Assembly (NCBI GenBank): GCA_902622985.1
Contig: CACNSH010000004.1
Span: forward strand, 66 to 64,065
Source of the DNA: an uncultured Pelagibacteraceae bacterium
GTDB taxonomy: Bacteria > Pseudomonadota > Alphaproteobacteria > Pelagibacterales > AG-422-B15
Reading direction: 5' to 3'
DNA: 64,000 nt
Shown: piece after piece, positions 8,816 through 16,879 of the stretch
How positions within the stretch are numbered: the first letter of the stretch is position 1
Layout of the letters: each line of letters begins with the position of its first letter
The notes under the pieces: model-generated
Told to the model about the DNA's origin: nothing
Database searches by the model: none
What the model saw: the letters and a program-made list of their open reading frames with translations, nothing else
Position numbers and translations under genes: made by a program

Positions 8816-10231
8816 TTATTTCTTAGTTTTTTTCTTAACTGTCTTTTTCTTTGCCGTTTTTTTCTTCACTTCATTCTTTTCAACTGAATTGACGTTATTA
8901 TACATTTTGATAAACGAATCAACATCAACATCCTTCTTTTTCAATTTAACCTTCGAAAGTATAAAGTCTACAATTTTATTTTCATATAAAGGAGCTTGAA
9001 GTTGCATCGCTGCATCCTGATTATTTCTATAGTAATCAATCACTTTTTGTTCTTGTCCTTTAAAATTGCTTGCATATTCAAAAAGGGCTTTATTCATCTC
9101 TTCTGGCGTCACTGAGATTTCATTTACTTTCCCAACCTCTTGAAGAATTAAGCCCAGTTCAATTCTATTTTTTGCATCTTCCTTAAATTTAGCCTCATTA
9201 TCAGAAGTCAATTTTTTATCTTTGATTTCCTTTTGATGATCAATTGATGATGGACTTTGTGAATTTAAATAATTTGCAGACAAGTTTTGAAATTCAACAT
9301 TTATAAGATCTTCAGGTAACTCAAATTTGTGCGCTGACTGGAGCTTTTCAAAAAGTACTTTTTTATCAAGATTTTTTGTTAGATCTGAGTACTCACTTTG
9401 CATTTGATTTTCGACCTTACTTTTTAGATCCTTTAAATCAGTTGCACCCATTGATTTTGCCAATTCATTATCTACTTTTGACTCAACGGGTGAACTTATT
9501 TTTTTAATATTGCAATCGAACACAGCATCAGCATTTTGTAACTCTTTTGCTGAATAATCTGCAGGAAACTTTACGTTTATCTTTTTGCTTTCTCCACTCT
9601 TTAGACCCACAAGGCCATCTTCTAAATCCTTTATGTATCGTCCAGAGCCAATTACAATTGTCTGACTTTCTGCCTTACCTCCGTCAAAATTCTTACCATC
9701 GATGGTTCCTTCATAATCTAATAAGACAGAGTCCTCTTTCTTAGCTTTATAATCACTGCCTTGCTCTTTATATGTTCTTTGAGATTTAGCAATTAAGTCT
9801 ATTCGTTTATCAATTTCTTTTTTATCAAGCTTTACCGAAGTTGACTCGATTTCGATTTTAGTAAAGTCGGCTAATTTTATTTCTGGAAAAACTTCAAACT
9901 CAATTTTAAACGTTTTATCAACATCTTTTTTTTCTTGTTCTTTATCTTTGTAATCAACCTTCGGTTGAGAAACGGGACGAAGCTTTCCTTCTTGTATTAT
10001 TTTTGAGACATTTTCATTTATTACAGCATTCAAAACTTCATTGTTAATCGCATCACCATGTTTTTGCATAATGATATTATTTGGAACTTTACCTGGTCTA
10101 AAGCCGTCAATTTTTACTGATTTTTTTACTTCCTCAATTTTTGACTCTAGCTTTGTGTTAAAATCTGCAGATGCAATAGTGAACTCATAAGCTCTTTTCA
10201 GACCTTTATTTAATACTTCTTTATAACTCAT
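8816..10231 (-). CDS. tig: trigger factor with a Lys-rich C-terminal tail
   Basis: It carries the ribosome-binding signature GFRPGKVP and a central FKBP-like region, and it occupies the tig-clpP-clpX position. The C-terminus ends [16 protein letters not shown]. Confidence 0.9.
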   Translation of the reverse strand: MSYKEVLNKGLKRAYEFTIASADFNTKLESKIEEVKKSVKIDGFRPGKVPNNIIMQKHGDAINNEVLNAVINENVSKIIQEGKLRPVSQPKVDYKDKEQEKKDVDKTFKIEFEVFPEIKLADFTKIEIESTSVKLDKKEIDKRIDLIAKSQRTYKEQGSDYKAKKEDSVLLDYEGTIDGKNFDGGKAESQTIVIGSGRYIKDLEDGLVGLKSGESKKINVKFPADYSAKELQNADAVFDCNIKKISSPVESKVDNELAKSMGATDLKDLKSKVENQMQSEYSDLTKNLDKKVLFEKLQSAHKFELPEDLINVEFQNLSANYLNSQSPSSIDHQKEIKDKKLTSDNEAKFKEDAKNRIELGLILQEVGKVNEISVTPEEMNKALFEYASNFKGQEQKVIDYYRNNQDAAMQLQAPLYENKIVDFILSKVKLKKKDVDVDSFIKMYNNVNSVEKNEVKKKTAKKKTVKKKTKK

Positions 10232-10252
10232 ATTATCTTCTTACTAACAAAT

Positions 10253-10337
10253 TGGTGCGGATAGAGGGACTCGAACCCCCATGAGTTGCCTCACTGGTAC
10301 CTAAAACCAGCGTGTCTACCAATTCCACCATATCCGC
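10253..10337 (-). tRNA. tRNA-Leu (anticodon TAG), class II with a long variable arm
   Basis: The reverse complement is GCGGATATGGTGGAATTGGTAGACACGCTGGTTTTAGGTACCAGTGAGGCAACTCATGGGGGTTCGAGTCCCTCTATCCGCACCA. The anticodon stem is CTGGT/ACCAG with loop TTTAGGT. CCA is encoded. Confidence 0.9.
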
Positions 10338-10387
10338 GATTAATAGAAAATGCAAAATAGACTATTTTTTAGATGTTTACAGTAAAA
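10312..10387. repeat. island direct repeat, left copy (tRNA-Leu nt 1-26 plus 50 bp of upstream flank)
   Basis: It is identical over 76 nt to 19546-19621, compared base by base. Identity breaks at 10311/19545 and at 10388/19622. Confidence 0.9.
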
Positions 10388-10479
10388 ATTTAATCTAGCT
10401 AAGGTTTTGGATTAAGGGGATTTTTGATGAATAATGTCAATATAGTGACAATGAAGTGAGCTTACTTTGAAGTTAGAAA

Positions 10480-11208
10480 TCACTCCGCATTTTCAATTAT
10501 TTGTTTAGTTAGTTCGTCATAATTATTTAAAATTAAGGATAAATTTCTTATAACTACACTTGTTTCATCGTTTGGATTTTCAGTGCTTCCGGAATTCGAA
10601 AGCCAATTAAAACTTCCCACTACGTAGTATTCTTTGTCACACATCAAAACTTTTGAATGATTTGGAATTTGAGCAATATACATTTTTCCATAAGCTCTAT
10701 TTTTGTTTGAATGTTCTTGTAAACTTCTAAGTATTTCTAATCCTTTAATATCAGAAATACGCATAGAATTGCTTTTTGAATATTCATATCCAAAACAAAT
10801 ATAAATATTTACTCCCCTATTAATTGCAGCCCTGATTGATTTTATTAATTTTTCATCTAACGCAAAACTCGTTGCCCAGCCAGATAATATAATCAAATCA
10901 TGCTTAGCTTTTCTAATAGTTTTCATTAAAAATTCTCTATGTTTTGCAGGACCTTTTACTTGTGTAAAGCCCAATTTACTATTTATAAACTTTCCTATTA
11001 CATTTGAATTGGATGTAGATAAGTATCCAATTATTGAAGAAACAATTAAAGTTGTGAGTTGAAGTTGTTGAAGAGACCCGTAAAGAGCAACATAAGTCAG
11101 AACAAGCCATAGTCCTGTTGCAATATAGCCAATTTTATCTGAAGTTCGCCAGGCAATAAAAACTGTAACAAAAATTGTAATTTGAAATAATAAAACAGCT
11201 ATACTCAT
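10480..11208 (-). CDS. membrane-anchored single-HKD phospholipase D superfamily protein (Nuc-like nuclease or phospholipase)
   Basis: It has a complete HxK(x)4D(x)6GSxN motif: H184-S-K186-VLMC-D191-KEYYVV-G198-S-F-N201. Three N-terminal hydrophobic segments lie at about residues 3-20, 26-44 and 51-66, followed by a K/R-rich linker. Confidence 0.7.
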   Translation of the reverse strand: MSIAVLLFQITIFVTVFIAWRTSDKIGYIATGLWLVLTYVALYGSLQQLQLTTLIVSSIIGYLSTSNSNVIGKFINSKLGFTQVKGPAKHREFLMKTIRKAKHDLIILSGWATSFALDEKLIKSIRAAINRGVNIYICFGYEYSKSNSMRISDIKGLEILRSLQEHSNKNRAYGKMYIAQIPNHSKVLMCDKEYYVVGSFNWLSNSGSTENPNDETSVVIRNLSLILNNYDELTKQIIENAE

Positions 11209-11237
11209 TTAATTATTTTCATATGTAAGTAATCAAT

Positions 11238-11579
11238 TTATTTTTTATCAATTAGATTATCTAACTTAGATCTAAGCTTTTCTTTTTTTCTAAACTTATC
11301 AAATCCATCATTTAATTCACTATCTGTTTCAAAAGTTGTAGGTCTTTTTAAGTAGAATACAAAAAATATTATCGCAAGTAATACTAAAATATTTTTTATA
11401 ATAAAAGAAATACCAAGATAATCTAAATTATTAGATTTTTCAGCCCACGTTAGATATTCATTGTGTAAATAAATAACTATTCCTACAAATATAAAAAAAT
11501 AAAAAATTCTTCTTATTCTTGGCTTAATCCAAATAAAGATTTTTGTTGCAGCTACAATTTTAATGAATTGATAAAACAC
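11238..11579 (-). CDS. hypothetical small membrane protein (2-3 TM helices with a charged C-terminal tail; holin-like topology)
   Basis: The hydrophobic segments are FYFFIFVGIVIYL and ISFIIKNILVLLAIIFFVFYL. The C-terminus is DKFRKKEKLRSKLDNLIDKK. It lies 2 nt downstream of the preceding ORF and 29 nt upstream of the PLD gene. I recognise no family. Confidence 0.45.
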   Translation of the reverse strand: MFYQFIKIVAATKIFIWIKPRIRRIFYFFIFVGIVIYLHNEYLTWAEKSNNLDYLGISFIIKNILVLLAIIFFVFYLKRPTTFETDSELNDGFDKFRKKEKLRSKLDNLIDKK

Positions 11580-11581
11580 GC

Positions 11582-11851
11582 CTAGTTAATGAACCATCCC
11601 AATCCCAAAGGAAGAAGGGCAAGTTTTAATCCAGTCATTTTATGCTTGCTTCTCACTTCTTTTTCTTTTTCAGCAATTATCTCTTCAATTTCACTATCAC
11701 TGTAATCAGACCATTTTTTTTGTCTGATCCTAAGCTCATTCTTTGTTTCTTTAATGGCTTTATCTCTATAATATTTATTTACACGATCTAATGATTTCTT
11801 TGATAGTGAGCCAATTTTATCAAAGACATCTTTTTTATTAATATCTTTCAT
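11582..11851 (-). CDS. hypothetical small protein: charged helical N-terminal part with a C-terminal hydrophobic anchor
   Basis: It is 89 aa, highly charged (KETKNELRIRQKKWSDYSDSEIEEIIAEKEKEVRSKHK), and ends in LKLALLPLGLGWFIN. It is the first gene of the three-gene cassette. I recognise no family. Confidence 0.4.
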   Translation of the reverse strand: MKDINKKDVFDKIGSLSKKSLDRVNKYYRDKAIKETKNELRIRQKKWSDYSDSEIEEIIAEKEKEVRSKHKMTGLKLALLPLGLGWFIN

Positions 11852-11937
11852 AGCTTGATAATAGCTTATTCGGGTAACTATTATAATGATAAAGTGTCAA
11901 TATAGTGTCAATGCACTTCGCATAACTTATTAAGAAA

Positions 11938-12660
11938 TCAAGAAGGTCGTGCCCATGTAGCATAGGAAAGCGGTGATTCATTGAGCTTTTGCCTTATGCT
12001 TTTCCACTTTGGCAAAACACCGTCAAGTAACTTATAAAACTTTTTGTTATGTCTAGTCTCAATAAAGTGAATTAGCTCGTGTACAATAACAAACTCTAGC
12101 GCATCTCTATCTTTGTGCACTAACTCGGTGTTGAGCCTAATAGATTTAGATGATGGAGAACAACTTCCCCATTTGGTTTTCATTCGTTGAATATAGATCT
12201 TCTGGACACTTAGATTAAACTGACACTCCCACTGTGCTATAATCTTAGTTGCTTTATGCCGCAACTGATCTCGATACCAACGCTCTAATATTTGTTTCTT
12301 TACCTGGGTGCTTGCATTGTCACACGCCCGCAGGATTAAATGCTTCCCTTTTAGTTCAACATGATCACCTCCACCAGAATTTTTAATTTTTAGAAGATAC
12401 CGCTGACCCCAAACATTGATGCTTTCCCTATTTATCAACTCTCGCTGCGACTCGCGTGCTTGATTAGCCAGCCGATGATGATGACGCTTTATCCATTCAA
12501 GTTTTGTCAGAGCAAATGCTTTAACAGTTTGTATGTCGACATCTAAGGGTGCAGAGACTTTCACCATGCCTACTGGCGGGTGAACAGTTAGGTGAATATT
12601 TTTAATATCTTTTTTAGTGACCTCAACATCAAAGCCACCAATTGTATGACGCTCAGCCAT
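11938..12660 (-). CDS. YgjP/DUF45-type (M48-like) zinc metallopeptidase associated with type I R-M
   Basis: WGSCSPSSKSIRLNTELV and VIVHELIHFIETRHNKKFYKLL (HExxH) match the DUF45/COG1451 signature. Its ATG overlaps the hsdR stop by 1 nt (TAATG). Confidence 0.75.
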   Translation of the reverse strand: MAERHTIGGFDVEVTKKDIKNIHLTVHPPVGMVKVSAPLDVDIQTVKAFALTKLEWIKRHHHRLANQARESQRELINRESINVWGQRYLLKIKNSGGGDHVELKGKHLILRACDNASTQVKKQILERWYRDQLRHKATKIIAQWECQFNLSVQKIYIQRMKTKWGSCSPSSKSIRLNTELVHKDRDALEFVIVHELIHFIETRHNKKFYKLLDGVLPKWKSIRQKLNESPLSYATWARPS

Positions 12661-15600
12661 TAATATCCTACCTGCTGTTCAATAATAGCAAACAATCTTT
12701 CAACTTCAGCCTTATTTTCTACAATTGCATAAATGGCTTGCTTAACACGTTGTTCTTTAGGTCCATTCCCACGCCAGCCATCTGGAATATTTTCAAGTAG
12801 ATGTTCATGAAGGGCAATCACCTTCTCTTCATTTTCACCCATATTATTGTAAAGAGCACGAAGCTCAGGCGTGTTGATTGATGCAGGCATTTCTTCACCT
12901 CTGCCGTCTTGTACCTGTTTGGCTAACTCAGCAATCTGTGCAAGATAAGCCTCATAGTCTAACGCTTGAGACTTTCTTTGTTGGATGATTTGGTCAAGCA
13001 AGTTAGACATCTTATCAAAAAAGGCAGGGTCATTTAACTGACTCTTTAAAAGCACGCTACGTACATTATTTTCGATTATTTCTGATATACCTTCTTTTGA
13101 TTTCACCGACTTCGCTAAGCGTTCGTTGATTGCATTAGCAGCGCCACTTTTCACAATCAGTTCAACTAGTGACATATTGTCAAAGTCGGAGATAGGTCTT
13201 GGTTCATCAGCTTCAATATATGTGTCTATCAAACGCCTCATATCAGCTTCATAGGCTTTAAGATCAAGATATTCACCGCTTGCATTTTTCACAATATCCG
13301 AAGCATCTTTGAAATGTTCAATGCGAGACTTGATGTGCCGCCTCTGATGATCATTATAGCCTGCCGCTTCCATATCATTGGCAATATTCGCATAAGCACG
13401 AACAAGAGCGGCAGTTAGCTGATACAATGCTTGACGCTTTTGCGCAGTGGTTTCCAAATCGTCCGTGACTTCTGAATTGCCACAGAAATATCGAATATAG
13501 TTAAGTGTTTCTTTTGGTGGCTCAACAAGCTCACACAGCTCTTCAATAGCTTCTATTGCAATATCTAATCGGTTGCGACAAAGTTCTAACCTGTCATTAA
13601 CTGTAATCTCTGGGCGAGGTTGCCCATCCTCATGGTCAAGCTCTTCAGTGTAAACCGCCATAGCGTTCTCAACCTTTCTAAACAGGTCTTTATAATCAAC
13701 GATATAACCGTAATCTTTATCTTCACCATCTAACCTGTTGGTTCGGCAGATAGCCTGAAACAACCCATGATCCTGCATCTTCTTATCGATATATAGATAT
13801 GTACAGCTTGGTGCATCAAAGCCTGTCAGCAATTTATCAACTACAATCAAAAGCTTCATGTTCCAGGGTTCTTTAATAAAAAGCCGCTTTGCTTCATCCT
13901 CATAAGTTTCTGTCTTGGTCTTGCCCGGCTTGGTATATACATCTTTGAGCATTTCTTCATAGATACGAAAAATAGTTTCCTTGTCTGTTTCAGATGTCGC
14001 TCCTGTATCTTCAAGCGAGATGTCACTGCCATGAGGATTATAAGATGTTACAACTGCACATCTATTATTCAACTCTGTCTGATTGAAAAGCTGGTAATAG
14101 CTACAAGCCTCATAAATTGAACCTGCAACAAGAATTGCATTTCCTCTATTTGTGGAAAGACGTGGTTTTGTATTGAAGTCAAAGATGATATCATCAATCA
14201 CCCTACCCATTCGTGACTTTGAGCTTAGAACGGTTTGCATAGTGCCCCATTGTTTTTTAAGAGCTGCCTTTTGCCAATCATTTAGGCCTCTAGTCTTTGC
14301 CTCAAACCACGCATCAATCTTATCCTGGGAGCCAAGTGTTTGGTCTACATCACGCGCTTCATAAGACAGGTCAAGCACCACCCCGTCATCAACAGCCTCG
14401 GCAAAGAGATAACGATGAATATAGCCCCCAAAGACTTGCTTCGTTGTTTCCTTATCAGCCTTCAACAGCGGTGTACCTGTGAAGCCAATGAAGGTCGCTT
14501 CAGGTAATTGAGCTTTCATCAAACGGTGTAACTTACCTGATTGAGTGCGGTGGCACTCATCAACAAGAACAAAGATGTCACCATATACAGAAACATTATA
14601 TTCTCTCAACTGTTTGATATAGGACTCAAAATCTTCAACACCATGCTTGCCAAATTTATGAATAAGAGAGCACATCAAGCGTGGGCTTGTCTGACTCAGT
14701 TTAGATAAGAGATCACGGCCACTTATTGCACGTTCGATCTGCTCACCGGCAGCTGCGAAGATACCTTCAATTTGTTTATCGAGTTCATCTCTATCTGTAA
14801 TAATAGCTACACGCGCATCGGGAATATTTTCCAAAATCCATTTTGCAAGTAGCACCATAACGATGGATTTGCCACTGCCTTGGGCATGCCAGATAATACC
14901 ACTCTCATGTCGTCTTATGTATGCCTGTGCTGCCTTCATGCCAAAATATTGATGTACTCTTGGTAGCTTTTTTCTGCCACCATCAAACAACACAAAGTCA
15001 TATAGTATTTCAAGCAGACGTGATTTCTCAAACATCTTACAGAGATATTTATCCAGTTTAAAGCCTTCATCCTGCTCCTCATCTTCTTTCCAAGTCAGGA
15101 AGAAAGGCTCAGGCGTACCAATTGTGCCATAGCGCAAACCCTCTGCATCACTGCCAGCCATCACTAACTGAACCGTTGGATAAAACCATTCATTAAAACG
15201 GGGTTGTTGATTAGAAATGCTCTGACGGATACCTTCAGTGATTGCAATTTTACTGCGCTTTAACTCTAGAACTCCGATTGCAATACCGTTGATATAGAAA
15301 ATAACATCAGGTCTGCGTTCCAAATTACCGCGAAGTGTAACTTCTTCTGCAAGTGCAAACTGATTTAAGTCAGAGTTTTGCCAGTCAATAAGGTGTATAG
15401 TTTCAGTTGACTTGCTGGCATCAACTTTTACCTGCACACCGTAGCGGAGCAAATTATAGGTGTCCTGATTTCGCTCATAGAGAGTCTTGCTGTTGTCTGC
15501 TGCGGCACGCTTTAACAGGTCAATTGCTCTGGATATTTGCGCATGGCTATAGCCACGTGAGACCAGGTTCTTAGTGAGTAACCCCTCTTCAATATTACTA

Positions 15601-15710
15601 TTATTCTCACGGTCACGCCAATCTCCCAGATAGTCGTAACTCATCTGACTTCTAAACAGATCAATCAGCCTTTCCTGAGTCACGATTTCCGGTTCTGATA
15701 AGCGGCTCAT
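12660..15710 (-). CDS. hsdR: type I restriction endonuclease subunit R
   Basis: It has a PD-(D/E)xK nuclease motif (RPDVIFY...GVLELK), helicase motif I AQGSGKS and motif II VLVDECHRTQSG. It is 1016 aa with a long helical C-terminal domain. It overlaps hsdS by 4 nt. Confidence 0.9.
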   Translation of the reverse strand: MSRLSEPEIVTQERLIDLFRSQMSYDYLGDWRDRENNSNIEEGLLTKNLVSRGYSHAQISRAIDLLKRAAADNSKTLYERNQDTYNLLRYGVQVKVDASKSTETIHLIDWQNSDLNQFALAEEVTLRGNLERRPDVIFYINGIAIGVLELKRSKIAITEGIRQSISNQQPRFNEWFYPTVQLVMAGSDAEGLRYGTIGTPEPFFLTWKEDEEQDEGFKLDKYLCKMFEKSRLLEILYDFVLFDGGRKKLPRVHQYFGMKAAQAYIRRHESGIIWHAQGSGKSIVMVLLAKWILENIPDARVAIITDRDELDKQIEGIFAAAGEQIERAISGRDLLSKLSQTSPRLMCSLIHKFGKHGVEDFESYIKQLREYNVSVYGDIFVLVDECHRTQSGKLHRLMKAQLPEATFIGFTGTPLLKADKETTKQVFGGYIHRYLFAEAVDDGVVLDLSYEARDVDQTLGSQDKIDAWFEAKTRGLNDWQKAALKKQWGTMQTVLSSKSRMGRVIDDIIFDFNTKPRLSTNRGNAILVAGSIYEACSYYQLFNQTELNNRCAVVTSYNPHGSDISLEDTGATSETDKETIFRIYEEMLKDVYTKPGKTKTETYEDEAKRLFIKEPWNMKLLIVVDKLLTGFDAPSCTYLYIDKKMQDHGLFQAICRTNRLDGEDKDYGYIVDYKDLFRKVENAMAVYTEELDHEDGQPRPEITVNDRLELCRNRLDIAIEAIEELCELVEPPKETLNYIRYFCGNSEVTDDLETTAQKRQALYQLTAALVRAYANIANDMEAAGYNDHQRRHIKSRIEHFKDASDIVKNASGEYLDLKAYEADMRRLIDTYIEADEPRPISDFDNMSLVELIVKSGAANAINERLAKSVKSKEGISEIIENNVRSVLLKSQLNDPAFFDKMSNLLDQIIQQRKSQALDYEAYLAQIAELAKQVQDGRGEEMPASINTPELRALYNNMGENEEKVIALHEHLLENIPDGWRGNGPKEQRVKQAIYAIVENKAEVERLFAIIEQQVGY

Positions 15711-16879
15711 ATCAAGCGCGTCCTCCCTGTCAGCAACTCCTGCATCATACCCGCTTTAACTTTTTTGGCTTTGTTGAGCTGTAAGTTAAGCAATGTTATT
15801 TCAGATTCAGCATCATCTAATTTGGAAACAATCTCTTTTTGTTCAGACACGCTTGGGATTGGTAGGGTCAAATCAGCAATCATTTCACGTCGAACAGAGT
15901 CAACTGAAGACTTAGCTGTCATGGACATAATCCGTTCGTAGAATCTAGATTTAAATTGCCAATAAAAATATCGGCCAACTACATCACTCCTAAAATCAGA
16001 TAATATATAAACTCGCTGATGAGCGTCGAATTTTCCATTCATGTAGTGGAAAATTTTACCTGTTCCTACGCCGTCACCTGCAGTCAAGACGGCTTCTTTA
16101 TCGTAAGCAAAGGAGTCAATTTTCTCAATTTTTTGAGACCTAACAAAAAATGGGTAAGCACCATCTGGCTTATTGTCTTGCGTATTTCTCCCCCCAGTTT
16201 CAATTGAAACAAGTTCATCAATTCTGGTGAATCTATCATTATTTTCAGAGCTTATAAGTAGCGTATTTGCCAATGAGTTTTGAACTTTTAATTTCTTCTC
16301 AATCAATTTTTCTAACGAGGTAATCAGCGCATCAACATCACTCAACGCCTCAGCAATCGCTTGCTGTTCTTGTTTTGAGATTGGATATAGAAGTTCTATA
16401 CTTTTGAGGTTTGAGCTATTTACATGAACAATAGCGTCTCCCTGTGCAGCTTTTTCTTTCTGCTTTCTAACCATTTCAGAGTTAAGAGCATATCCCAAAA
16501 AGATTGGGTCTATATCTTTAGGAGAGAAAATAACTATGTCACCACCTGCATAAGCTTCAAATTTATCAACAAAAGCTGCTGACTTACCAATTTCCTCTTT
16601 CTTTTCCCCTGAACCTGCAAATAGTTGATCTCCAAACTTCAAAAGAACTGAGTCTTTTGAAATATCCGAAGATATAAATGATTTATAATATTGAATAATA
16701 TTATGATGGTCTGTGTAAAGTTCACCGTATCTTACACATGGAATCTCTCCAGAATTCGCTATAGATTTAGTAATACCTTTTCCCTTGCTGAACCTACCAA
16801 GTTTTTCTAAGGTTGATATAGTCCATTTACGCGGTACTTTATAATTTTTATCAAGGTCAAATAATAAAGTAACTACCAT
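15707..16879 (-). CDS. hsdS: type I restriction-modification specificity subunit S (two dissimilar target-recognition domains)
   Basis: Two variable domains are separated by conserved helical spacers (EQQAIAEALSDVDALITSLEKLIEKK and EQKEIVSKLDDAESEITLLNLQLNKAKKVKAGMMQELLTGR). It sits between hsdM and hsdR and overlaps both. Confidence 0.85.
   Translation of the reverse strand: MVVTLLFDLDKNYKVPRKWTISTLEKLGRFSKGKGITKSIANSGEIPCVRYGELYTDHHNIIQYYKSFISSDISKDSVLLKFGDQLFAGSGEKKEEIGKSAAFVDKFEAYAGGDIVIFSPKDIDPIFLGYALNSEMVRKQKEKAAQGDAIVHVNSSNLKSIELLYPISKQEQQAIAEALSDVDALITSLEKLIEKKLKVQNSLANTLLISSENNDRFTRIDELVSIETGGRNTQDNKPDGAYPFFVRSQKIEKIDSFAYDKEAVLTAGDGVGTGKIFHYMNGKFDAHQRVYILSDFRSDVVGRYFYWQFKSRFYERIMSMTAKSSVDSVRREMIADLTLPIPSVSEQKEIVSKLDDAESEITLLNLQLNKAKKVKAGMMQELLTGRTRLI

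Noticed and set aside
8787-8999. A tandem-repeat, CRISPR-like or minisatellite signal at the tig/clpP junction, together with the poly-Phe plus-strand ORF.
   Set aside because: The periodicity is the coding KKKTx repeat of the trig­ger factor C-terminus read on the opposite strand. There is no repeat-spacer architecture, and I saw no CRISPR array anywhere in the window.
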